DNA from: an uncultured Candidatus Micrarchaeota archaeon
GTDB taxonomy: Archaea > Micrarchaeota > Micrarchaeia > Burarchaeales > Fermentimicrarchaeaceae
Direction of reading: 5' to 3'
Assembly (NCBI GenBank): GCA_963760615.1
Contig: CAVXDX010000008.1
Coordinates: 97,459 to 161,458, forward strand
Length of the DNA: 64,000 nt
Numbering within the stretch: the stretch's first letter is position 1; each line of letters starts with the position of its first letter. The notes below the pieces were generated by a model that worked only from the letters and a program-made list of their open reading frames with translations, did not search any database and was not told the DNA's origin. The position numbers and the translations under genes were made by a program. Positions 33,983 to 42,681 of the stretch are shown piece by piece.

Positions 33983-34830
33983 TGAATCACATAGCAAGGA
34001 TAGTTGCAATGTTCCTCCTTGCGCAATTCATCGGCCTGTTTGTCGGCATTCAGATGGTGGGGAACAAGGAGGTGTACGGTCCCTATAACGTCACGCCGAA
34101 CCAGCAGCCCGAGGATGCTGGGAACTCCATAATCTTTCTTCTCTATGTCATCGCCGTTGCTGTTGTGGTGGTGCTCGTAATAAGATACTTAAGGTGGGCC
34201 GCATTTCTCTTCAGGGCGCTTGAGCTTTTCACAATATTCATAACTTCAGCACTTGTCTTTGTTGTGTTCCTGTCCTATTTCAGCATGCCTCACGCTTTTG
34301 AGATAAGCATCGTGCTCTCAGCGCTGCTGGTTGTCCTCAAGTTCCTCTACCCGAAAATAAAGAATGTCACAGCAATAATCTCCAGCTCGGCTGTGGGAGC
34401 CCTATTCGGCTTCTCATTCACTATCGTCCCAACTCTGCTCTTCATAATTCTGATTTCTCTCTATGACTTCATATCCGTCTTCGTAACAAGGCACATGGTG
34501 TACATGGCGAAGGAGATGAGCAAGATGGATCTGTCCTTCTCCGTCTCCAGCAGGGAGAAGAGGTACGTGAAGGAAAGAGGCAAGAGGAAGGAGGAGGAGT
34601 TCGCTCTTGAGCTCGGAAGTGGGGATATAGCAATACCGCTCATGCTTGCAGTTTCGGCCTACAACAGCTTCACCCTTGTGGATTCATTGGCAGTTGTGCT
34701 CGGCTCAACCATAGGTTTGATTGTCGTGCTCTACTATGTAACTACGAGAAGGGTTTTCCTTCCTGCTCTGCCGCCCCTATGCTTCTCCGGTGTGCTGTTC
34801 CTCGCCATTTCGAGGCTGCTGCTACACTGA
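33979..34830 (+). CDS. presenilin / signal-peptide-peptidase homolog (GxGD intramembrane aspartyl protease)
   Basis: 283 aa polytopic; YD (LYDFISV), LGSGDIAIP (GxGD) and FLPALPP (PAL) motifs in canonical order. Confidence 0.65.
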   Translation: MMNHIARIVAMFLLAQFIGLFVGIQMVGNKEVYGPYNVTPNQQPEDAGNSIIFLLYVIAVAVVVVLVIRYLRWAAFLFRALELFTIFITSALVFVVFLSYFSMPHAFEISIVLSALLVVLKFLYPKIKNVTAIISSSAVGALFGFSFTIVPTLLFIILISLYDFISVFVTRHMVYMAKEMSKMDLSFSVSSREKRYVKERGKRKEEEFALELGSGDIAIPLMLAVSAYNSFTLVDSLAVVLGSTIGLIVVLYYVTTRRVFLPALPPLCFSGVLFLAISRLLLH

Positions 34831-34862
34831 GTTTAAATTATTATCTGCATATAGATGATACT

Positions 34863-35267
34863 ATGGAGTATGATGCGCTCCTTGAGAGAGCATATTCATC
34901 CCTGCCTGAAAAGGCGGGCAGCGCCGGCAGATTTGAGATGCCGGTAGCAGAGAGCTTCATCCAGGGGAACAAGACAATAATAAAGAACTTTGATGATATT
35001 TGCACCAAGTTGAGGAGAACTCCTGAGGAGGTAATGAAATACCTCTCAAGGGAGCTGGCAGTGCCCATGGGAAGAGAGGGGGCGGGACTTGTGCTGCAGG
35101 GAAAATTCTACGACAGGGCGCTTAACGAGAAGCTGAAAAAGTATGTAGGAACATATGTGATATGCAAGGAGTGCAAGCAAGCAGACACGAAAATAGTTGG
35201 GCTTGAGAGGGGGGCGAAGGTTATAATCTGCGAGGCGTGCGGAGCCAGGTCTCCGCTGAGGGTTTGA
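34863..35267 (+). CDS. translation initiation factor aIF2 beta
   Basis: 135 aa from MEYDALLERAY; C-terminal zinc ribbon CKECKQADT...CEACG. Confidence 0.8.
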   Translation: MEYDALLERAYSSLPEKAGSAGRFEMPVAESFIQGNKTIIKNFDDICTKLRRTPEEVMKYLSRELAVPMGREGAGLVLQGKFYDRALNEKLKKYVGTYVICKECKQADTKIVGLERGAKVIICEACGARSPLRV

Positions 35268-35268
35268 T

Positions 35269-35559
35269 ATGCCTGAAGAAGCTGAACCGTTTGCAAGGGT
35301 GAGACTGCCTAGGAAGGGAGAGGTGCTGGGAGTTGTCATAGGCATGATGGGTGCGAGCAGGATGCTTGTTGAATGCATAGACGGGAAGGAAAGGATGGTC
35401 AGGATACCTGGCAAGATAAAGAGAACAATTTGGGTGAAGTCTGGGGATGTGGTGCTTGTGAAGCCCTGGGAGGTTGAGGCTGACAAGAAGGCTGATTTGG
35501 TCTGGAGATACACCCGACTGCAGGCTGACTGGCTAAGAAGGGAAGGACATCTGAAGTGA
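35269..35559 (+). CDS. translation initiation factor aIF1A
   Basis: 96 aa; S1-like OB fold; RLPRKGEVLGVV...MLVEC..G...IPGK; 1-nt gap from the aIF2beta stop. Confidence 0.8.
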   Translation: MPEEAEPFARVRLPRKGEVLGVVIGMMGASRMLVECIDGKERMVRIPGKIKRTIWVKSGDVVLVKPWEVEADKKADLVWRYTRLQADWLRREGHLK

Positions 35560-35563
35560 GGGC

Positions 35564-36332
35564 ATGGCGAGGAGGCTCTCAACAAGGAAGAAACCTGACA
35601 GGGAGGACAAGCAGCTAAAGGAAAGGAAGAAGATTGAGTCTGACGTTTTTGACAGATACTCCATGCTCATTCTGGGGGGATTTTTGAATAGAAAAGTGCT
35701 TAAGAGTGTGGATTACCCAATAGCGAGCGGGAAGGAGGCTTTTGTCTTCCGCGCAACAGCAGGGGAGAAGTTCGACAGGGGTGAAGGTTACATTGCGGTG
35801 AAGATATACAAGGTTGAGACGAGTGATTTTACGAGGATGCAAGCATATATAACCGGAGACCCGCGCTTCCTTGGGGTGAAGAGGAACAAGAGCGACCTTG
35901 TCTATGCCTGGACGAGGAAGGAGTTCAGAAACTTGGAAATATGCGCGGATGCAGGGGTGCCTGCCCCTGAGCCTTACCTATTCAAGAACAATGTGCTGCT
36001 CATGCAGTTCCTTGGGGAGGAAGGGATTCCTGATTCTCCGCTTGTGGATGTGGGGAGCGACAACCCCGAGAAGGACTGCGGAGACTTTGCTGGGTGACAT
36101 AAAGAAGCTGTATGAGAAGGAGTTCGTTCATGCCGATGTGAGCGAGTTCAACGTGCTCATGCATGGGGAAGTGCCTTACCTAATAGACTGCGGGCAGGGA
36201 GTGCTGCTGGAGCACCCGAAGGCGGAGCAATTCTTGAGAAGGGATGTGGAGAACGTGCTGAGGTATTTCAGAAAGTACGGAGTGGAGAGGAATTTTGATG
36301 AAGTTATGAAGTGGGTGAAGGGCTCTGTATAA
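35564..36332 (+). pseudogene. RIO1-type serine kinase with a single +1 frameshift
   Basis: N-terminal half (35564..36097) carries the RIO N-lobe ISGKEAFVF, AVKIYK; catalytic VHADVSEFNVL and metal-binding IDCGQ are in the next frame (to 36332); shift at the CCCC run near 36064. Confidence 0.65.
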
Positions 36333-36389
36333 CTCGTTATACCTAATTATTTATAAACTCAAAATGAGTAAATATATCGGTGATAGCTT

Positions 36390-37097
36390 ATGGTCATAGT
36401 AAAAGTTCATGACGAGATCGCAAAACATCATGGGGGGGATACTGCTACATGGATCGACGAGATTAGGAGGCAGAAAGATAACGAGGGTATTAGGAAGAAA
36501 ATGCAGGAATTCGCAGAGAAGCACGGTTCAGATGTTAAAATGGTTGGTGGCCTAAGCGGTGCTTTGCTTGAGGGGTTCAAAAGGGTCAAGGACAACAATA
36601 CAAAAGCTACTTACGGCAGTGCAATGATTTATCTTGCTAAGAGCCTGAATGAGAGGGATGAGGAGCTTATGGGTAAGTTGGATGTTTTTAATAAGGCAGT
36701 TGAGGAAAAAGGCGGCACGGTTTGGGTTGTGAAGAGAGACACGAAGATTGGGGATATGATGAGCTTTTCCAGCGACTTGATGGGAATGGAGATTAAAAAG
36801 AATACCGATAATATGCTCTCAGTCAGGAATGGGGCGATTCCTGTGAAGGAAAACAGTGGAAAGGTCATTGCCGAGGAGACTGAGAAGTTTATGAAGTTGC
36901 TAATGAGCACGTATTACAGAAGCGGTTATGCGGTTGGGATTGAAAATATTATAACGGGCGTGACAAGCAACTTGGCTGTTTGGGGAGACGAAGTAAGAGA
37001 CGGAATTAATCGTGCAACTGCAGAAGCAGAGTCATTGGGGATAGATGTCAAAAAACTCGAACGCACGGCAACATTCAGCTCAGTAAAAGCAGAATGA
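36390..37097 (+). CDS. hypothetical protein
   Basis: 235-aa ORF; 5' flank AAAATGAGTAAAT...GGTGAT..TTATGG resembles those at 4113 and 5417. Confidence 0.45.
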   Translation: MVIVKVHDEIAKHHGGDTATWIDEIRRQKDNEGIRKKMQEFAEKHGSDVKMVGGLSGALLEGFKRVKDNNTKATYGSAMIYLAKSLNERDEELMGKLDVFNKAVEEKGGTVWVVKRDTKIGDMMSFSSDLMGMEIKKNTDNMLSVRNGAIPVKENSGKVIAEETEKFMKLLMSTYYRSGYAVGIENIITGVTSNLAVWGDEVRDGINRATAEAESLGIDVKKLERTATFSSVKAE

Positions 37098-37110
37098 GGA
37101 AAGTTGGAGA

Positions 37111-37746
37111 TTATTTATAGCCGAACTCTCCAATGAGAGGGACAAAGACAACAGGCATAAGGTTGGATGTCTCTTCTCCAAATCTTGTTTTAACAATAAG
37201 CTCCAAATCCTGAAATATTCTTGAGCCAACTGGTATGAGCAGTTTTCCCTCATCTTTAAGCTGGTCCACCAAGGGCTGCGGAATGGAGGGTGATGCAGCC
37301 GTGACAATTATCCTGTCGTATGGAGCTTCTTGGGGATAGCCTTTCGTGCCATCTCCCTCAACAAACTTAACATTTGCATAACCAGCCTTCTCAACATTTG
37401 CTTTTGCAAGCTCTATGAGTTCCGGAATCCTCTCAACGGTGTAGACTGCCCCCGAGCTGCCTGTAAGCTCCGCGAGGATTGCCGCTTGGTAACCGCTTCC
37501 CGAGCCTATCTCCAGTATCTTCATGCCCTCATGCACATCGAGGGATTTGCTCATGAACGCAACGATGCTCGGGGCAGAGATGGTCTGTCCGAATCCTATT
37601 GGCAGAGGAGTATCGGAGTAGGCGCTTCTCGCATGTTCGGAAGGGACGAACAACTCCCGCGGGACCTTCTCCATGGCTTTAACAACCCTCTCATCTGCAT
37701 AGCCCTGCCCGTAGAGAAGCTGAATCATATCCTCATTGCGGCCCAT
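37111..37746 (-). CDS. pcm: protein-L-isoaspartate O-methyltransferase
   Basis: 211 aa; VLEIGSGSGY SAM motif and overall PIMT sequence. Confidence 0.8.
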   Translation of the reverse strand: MGRNEDMIQLLYGQGYADERVVKAMEKVPRELFVPSEHARSAYSDTPLPIGFGQTISAPSIVAFMSKSLDVHEGMKILEIGSGSGYQAAILAELTGSSGAVYTVERIPELIELAKANVEKAGYANVKFVEGDGTKGYPQEAPYDRIIVTAASPSIPQPLVDQLKDEGKLLIPVGSRIFQDLELIVKTRFGEETSNLMPVVFVPLIGEFGYK

Positions 37747-37881
37747 ACTATGCTTGTGGAAAAGGGGGGATTAATAGCTTTCCCCAGAAGGCTGAAAAAC
37801 GCTCTTTGCAGCAAATTTACCGACGTAAAACAGAAGAGAAGTTTTTTATATTCTCTCATTCAAATACTATTAGTGAGAGCA

Positions 37882-38406
37882 ATGCAGGTAGTGAAAATTC
37901 CCGGCGAGCGAGTGCCAGTTATAATAGGCAAAAACGGTGAAGTGAAGAGGGAAATTCAGAGAAAAGGCAATGTGGAACTCAACGTGGATGAGGAGGGAGA
38001 GGTGGAGATAAGCAGTGAGAGCAGCATTGATGAGTGGAGGACTACGGAAGTTGTCAAGGCAATCGGGAGGGGCTTCAGCCCTGAAAAGGCTTTCAAGCTA
38101 TTCAGCGATGAGATATACCTGAAAATAATTGACTTGAAGCAGATATTCAGCAGCGACAAGGATATAACCAGACAAAAGGGAAGGGTGATAGGCCACGCTG
38201 GGAAGGCGAAGAGGGTGATTGAGGCGACCAGCGGCGCTGATTTGTGCATATACGGCAACACAATAAGCATGATTGGCGGGCTGGATGAGCTGGGTCTTGC
38301 CGAGATCGCGGTGAGCAAGCTGCTTGAGGGAGCAAGCCACGCAAAGGTTTACTCCATGCTCGAGAGGGGAAGGAGAAGAGTGAAGGAAGAGAGAATGTTG
38401 GGGTAG
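37882..38406 (+). CDS. KH-domain RNA-binding protein (Dim2/Pno1-like)
   Basis: 175 aa from MQVVKIPGERV; two KH GxxG loops (IGKNG, IGHAG); the longer track ORF (from 37330) is antisense to pcm in its 5' part. Confidence 0.6.
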   Translation: MQVVKIPGERVPVIIGKNGEVKREIQRKGNVELNVDEEGEVEISSESSIDEWRTTEVVKAIGRGFSPEKAFKLFSDEIYLKIIDLKQIFSSDKDITRQKGRVIGHAGKAKRVIEATSGADLCIYGNTISMIGGLDELGLAEIAVSKLLEGASHAKVYSMLERGRRRVKEERMLG

Positions 38407-38411
38407 AGATA

Positions 38412-39868
38412 ATGGAAGAGGAAAAAGAATTGGAAAACGAAGTGAACGGAAGCGAGATTTTCAAGGAGTTCAGGGAGTATTCTGTTGTTGAGTTCTTCAA
38501 GAAGAACAGGCAGATGCTGGGCTTCGCAGGAAAAGTTAGGTCGCTTACAACTATTGTCCATGAATATTGTACCAACTCGCTTGATGCGGCGGAAGAGGCC
38601 CACATACTCCCGGAGATAATGATTAAGGTTGAAGAGTTGCCTGACGGGCACGTGAAGGTTATAATCCAGGATAACGGGCCAGGCATACCGGAGAGCCACC
38701 TGGGAAAGGCAATGGGCATGATGCTGGCCGGGACGAAGTTTCACAGGTATATGCAGCAGAGGGGGCAGCAGGGCATAGGAGGTGCGGGCTGCACCTTGTT
38801 CTCGCAGATAACAACGGGAAAAGCAACAAAAATGAGGTCTGGGCTGGGCGACGGCAAGGTGTACGAATGCGAGATGAAGATTGACGTGAAGAACAACCAG
38901 CCAGTAATAACAAACCAAAGCGAATTCATGGGAAACTTCAGAGGGTTGAGAATTGAGGCGGAGTTCGCGGAAGTGAAGTATGACAAGAGCGAGCACGGCG
39001 TGTATGAATACCTAAAGAGGACTGCCATGGCAAACCCTCATGCACAAATCACATTAATAGAGCCAACAGGGGAGAAGCACGTGTTCCAGAGGGCTTCTGA
39101 AAAAATCCCCGAGAAGCCTGCGGAGATACAGCCGCATCCGCTTGGAGTCACAACCGGGGATTTAGTTGACATAGCGCACAGGACTGATTCGAGAAAGCTC
39201 TCATCTTTCTTCGAGCAACGCCTTCTCAAGAGTGAGCTCTGCGAAGGTTGAGGAACTGGCGAAGCTTGTTCCCGCTGTTAATTTTGATAAGGCGCCAAAA
39301 GATTTGAAGTGGCCCGAAGCAGAGGCAATAGTGAACTCAATAAAGACTTTGAAGTGGATAGCCCCGCCGACAGACGCGCTGAGGCAACTGGGGGGCCCAG
39401 ATTTGAGAAGGCTCTGAAAAATATACTTGCTCCCTGAGTTCATACCATGAGCGAGAGAAAGCCAAAGGTGTTCAGGGGTGGAATTCCATTCATGGTGGAG
39501 GCTGCAATAGCCTACGGTGGAAATTCGGGAAGAGCCAAACCTGATGGAACAGAGGGGAGGGGATATCATAAGGTACGCAAACAGGGTTCCGCTCATGTTC
39601 GATGGAGGCTCGTGCGCAATAACCGAGGCCGTGAAGAATATTGACTGGAAGAGGTATGACATAAAGGATTTTGACAACGCGCCAGTCAGTGTTTTCACAA
39701 ACTTCCTCAGTTCATGTTCCTTACACCGGAACTGGGAAGCAGGCAATAACCATGGAGGATGAGATAGTAGAGGAGATAAGGTATGCAATAATGGAGGTTG
39801 CAAGGGATTTGCAGGTTTACCTGAGAGGGAAGATAAGGGAGATGGACAGGAACGCAAGAAGAAGATAA
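38412..39868 (+). pseudogene. top6B: topoisomerase VI subunit B, disrupted by five or more frameshifts
   Basis: GHKL/Bergerat ATPase N-terminus intact (38412..39251); the H2TH and transducer regions continue in frames +1, 0, +1, +2 (ORFs 39232.., 39447.., 39517.., 39671..), plus compensating indels near 39425-39445. Confidence 0.7.
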
Positions 39869-39870
39869 TC

Positions 39871-41171
39871 ATGAGGTATGTAAAGGAGCTCTCGAAGGAT
39901 TTGGCTGACCTTGCTGGAGAGAGCGCTCCAGCGGATATCGAGAAGAAGCTTGTGAATCTTGTTGAAAATGAGATCTGAGAAGATTGAAGGAGATGCCGAG
40001 GAGGCAGGAAAGGTTGAGAGGGTAAAGGAGGATGAGGAAGATGAAAAAGAAGAGTGACGAATCGGAGGTTCTGAAGAAGCTCGAGGGGCTTGGGAAGGAC
40101 ATGCTTAAGGAGATAGACACGGGTGAGGCTCCAACTTTCGAGTGCCTGCTAAGGAGCAGAGGGAATATACTGTTTGATGAAAACTTGGGTTACATAAAGC
40201 TTGGCGACAAGAGGGAAACCAGAACCTTCCTCAATGTTTGGGCAGGCAAAGAAGTTCATGCAGACCGTTGCGGTTGCTTCGAAATGCAAGAATAGCCTAA
40301 GGAGAATTCCCACACAGCATAAGAGGTTTATTCTACCAGCTCAAATTCACGCTTGGTGATAGTGTTGATGAGGATTTGTTCTCAGAGCAGAGCGAGAGCA
40401 ACCCTCTTGTAGAGGATTTGGAAGTTGCTTTGGATGTGAAGAGAGAGGATTTGAACCTCAATACAGACAGGAAGGGGGTTGTCGCTGGAAATTTGGTGCT
40501 CAGGGACAAGTTCGGAGGCGCAACAGATGAGATAGACTGCTCCAAGCAGGGGAGAAGCTAGGTAGTAGTTCCCAGCGATGTAGATAATGGAATGGATTTC
40601 GTGAGCGTGGATGCGGATTCGTTCTTGTTGTCGAGAAGGATGCTCTCTGGCAGAGGTTGAATGAGGATAAGTTCTGGAAGAAGGAGAACTGCGTGCTCAT
40701 AACTCCGAAGGGGCAGTCCTCAAGGGGATGCAGGAGGCTCATAAGGAGGCTGGCGGACAAGAACTGCCTGTATACTGCTTCACGGACTGTGATGCCTGGG
40801 GGTGGTACATCTACTGGGCAATAAAGACAGGAAGCATGAATCTTGCTTATTTGGGAAGCGACATTGCAACTCCCGAGGCGAGGTTCATTGGAGTCACAAT
40901 GAAAGACATAATGGATTATGATTTTCTGGGCAAGCTCACTATAAAGACAAAAGATGTTGATTTGAAGAGGGCTGAGGAGATGCTCACCTACCCCTGGATA
41001 ACTGCTCACAAGGAATGGGTGGAGGAGTTGAAGACTGTGCTTGCCACAAAGAAGAAGATTGAGCAGGATGCGCTGCAGGGGCCAAGGCTGTCTTTCGTTG
41101 GTGAGTATGTGAGGGAAAGATTAACAATAAGAAGTTCCTGCCCTAGAGGTTTAAATATTCAGCATTCCTAA
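39871..41171 (+). pseudogene. top6A: topoisomerase VI subunit A (Spo11-like), disrupted by four or more frameshifts
   Basis: Segments in different frames: 39871.. (N-terminus), 40032..40295 (FDENLGYIKLGDK), 40301..40561 (RGLFYQ...EDLEV..REDL...KGVVAG), ~40565-40725 (FVLVVEKDALWQRL), 40728..41171 (Toprim, CFTDCDAWG). Confidence 0.7.
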
Positions 41172-41182
41172 TCTTAGCTCAA

Positions 41183-41268
41183 GCCCCGATAGCTCAGTCG
41201 GTAGAGCGACTGGCTGTTAGGCAATTGCGGATACCAGTAGGTCGTCGGTTCAAGTCCGACTCGGGGCG
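41183..41268 (+). tRNA. tRNA-Asn (anticodon GTT) with 13-nt intron
   Basis: Acceptor GCCCCGA/TCGGGGC, D-arm GCTC-AGTCGGTA-GAGC, anticodon stem ACTGG/CCAGT with loop CTGTTA|A interrupted by GGCAATTGCGGAT, T-arm GTCGG-TTCAAGT-CCGAC. Confidence 0.75.
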
Positions 41269-42292
41269 CTACGGATTTTACGACGGAGAATGGGGGGATC
41301 CGAATACAGAAAAACGACTTGAACCTCCGTCGTAGCGCGGGTGCGACTCCCACCGAGTCCATAAGTTTTTATGCCCTCCTTGCAAAAGATAATCTGCGGG
41401 TGGTAGAATGAGTTGGAGCAAACTAATATTTTTTATGATTATCTTGTCCGTAATTCTTATTCCGACAACTTCTGCTACTCCTGCTTTCTACTATGTTATC
41501 TGTAACGTAACCATTTCAAAAGGAGTCAATGTTAATCAGAGCAACATAACTGTCAACCAATGTTTTGGATATTCTCCTTACAGTTCAACTTGTGACATAT
41601 CAACATTGAAAGATAGAATTCATACTAATATGACTTATACCATTAACAATGAATTTACTAAAGGTTTTTCAGTCGATAACACATCATCCATCCAAGAAGG
41701 AAATTACATTATTAAGGGGGGGTTTTGGGGAGGATTTTCAAGCATACAAAAAATAACGGACAATAGAAGCTTGGATGCAATCGCCCAGGAAGACTGCAGT
41801 AACTATGCGATTAACTCTTTCATAAATTCTGGAGAGATCTACCTCTTCTCGCCATTAATTCTATGCGTAGCATTTGCATTCATAAAAAAACCATCAAAGA
41901 AAATTAAATTTTTGAGCATAGATTGGAGAAAGTTGAGTCTTTGCTTTTTGCTGATGTTCACGCTTTTTATGGGATTTGAGTTTTTTTCTCTTGTTCCGAC
42001 AATTATTCCTTTTCCTATCAATTATCTCATTATACCGTTTGGAATAATTGGTTTGATTTTAGCAATCCCCGCGTTCATTGTTATATCGTTGTTTAGCGGT
42101 CGATCGGTACCCTTGATCAGTGAACAGTACCCTTGCAGTATATGATATATTTTATAGCGTTTTTCGTATACCCGCTATTTCTCTCCTTGGGAATTTTTTA
42201 TCTTTATGACAATGTGAAAGCTGGGGGTTCGAATGCACGGAAACCATAAGAACCACCGACGTGGTTCTTATACAAGTCCGACTCGGGGCGCT
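41251..42292 (+). mobile_element. remnant integrated element at the tRNA-Asn 3' end, bounded by 20-bp direct repeats
   Basis: CAAGTCCGACTCGGGGCGCT at 41251-41270 (tRNA 3' end) repeated exactly at 42273-42292; the intervening ~1 kb is markedly AT-rich and has one ORF; no integrase present. Confidence 0.55.
41408..42145 (+). CDS. AT-rich secreted/membrane protein (cargo of the tRNA-Asn insertion)
   Basis: 245 aa; N-terminal signal peptide, many NxS/T sequons, C-terminal hydrophobic helices; codon usage far more AT-rich than flanking genes. Confidence 0.5.
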   Translation: MSWSKLIFFMIILSVILIPTTSATPAFYYVICNVTISKGVNVNQSNITVNQCFGYSPYSSTCDISTLKDRIHTNMTYTINNEFTKGFSVDNTSSIQEGNYIIKGGFWGGFSSIQKITDNRSLDAIAQEDCSNYAINSFINSGEIYLFSPLILCVAFAFIKKPSKKIKFLSIDWRKLSLCFLLMFTLFMGFEFFSLVPTIIPFPINYLIIPFGIIGLILAIPAFIVISLFSGRSVPLISEQYPCSI

Positions 42293-42336
42293 TTTCTTTT
42301 GTGAGATTTTTAAAGGTTTATATGCAAAACTAACTC

Positions 42337-42636
42337 ATGGAATGCGGATACTGCCATACGGTTTCAAACGACCTCCCTTACAAATGCAAGTTCTGCGGGG
42401 GAACCTTCTGCTCCGAGCACAGGCTTCCAGAGAACCACGAGTGCCTGGGGCTGGAGAAGTTCAAGGATGTGAAGCACGATGAGTTCAGGGGAGGCGTTGT
42501 AAAGGCAGCAAAGGAGTATGATGAAAAGGTGAAGGCATACGAAAGCAGGGGGTTGGACACGCGGAAGCTTGCCCTGTACATTGTCATGCTGATAATAATT
42601 GCATTTATTGTCTATTACCTCTTGAAGCACATTTGA
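42337..42636 (+). CDS. AN1-type zinc-finger protein with C-terminal TM helix
   Basis: 99 aa; C-x-C...C-x2-C...C-x2-H...H-x-C pattern (CGYCH, CKFCGGTFCSEHRLPENHEC); hydrophobic C-terminus. Confidence 0.55.
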   Translation: MECGYCHTVSNDLPYKCKFCGGTFCSEHRLPENHECLGLEKFKDVKHDEFRGGVVKAAKEYDEKVKAYESRGLDTRKLALYIVMLIIIAFIVYYLLKHI

Positions 42637-42681
42637 GCGGATACAAATATATAGTCAAAACGCCAAAAATAAGCTGATAGG

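Noticed and set aside
34779-34862. N-terminal extension of the aIF2beta ORF
   Set aside because: It overlaps the presenilin-homolog 3' end and has no homology; the conserved aIF2beta N-terminus begins at MEYDALLERAY (34863).
37330-37881. 5' part of the long ORF 37330..38406
   Set aside because: It is antisense to the pcm gene. KH-domain homology and a plausible start begin at 37882, so only 37882..38406 is called.
38412-41171. Programmed ribosomal frameshifting as the explanation for the top6B/top6A frame changes
   Set aside because: Nine or more shifts in both directions, an in-frame stop and no slippery-site pattern fit decay or sequencing error, not programmed recoding.
42219-42292. Possible second tRNA downstream of the AT-rich gene (GGGGGTTCGAAT…CAAGTCCGACTCGGGGCG)
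   Set aside because: Only the 3' acceptor/T-arm half matches tRNA-Asn. No D-arm or anticodon arm can be formed, so it is interpreted as the attR-like direct repeat rather than a tRNA.
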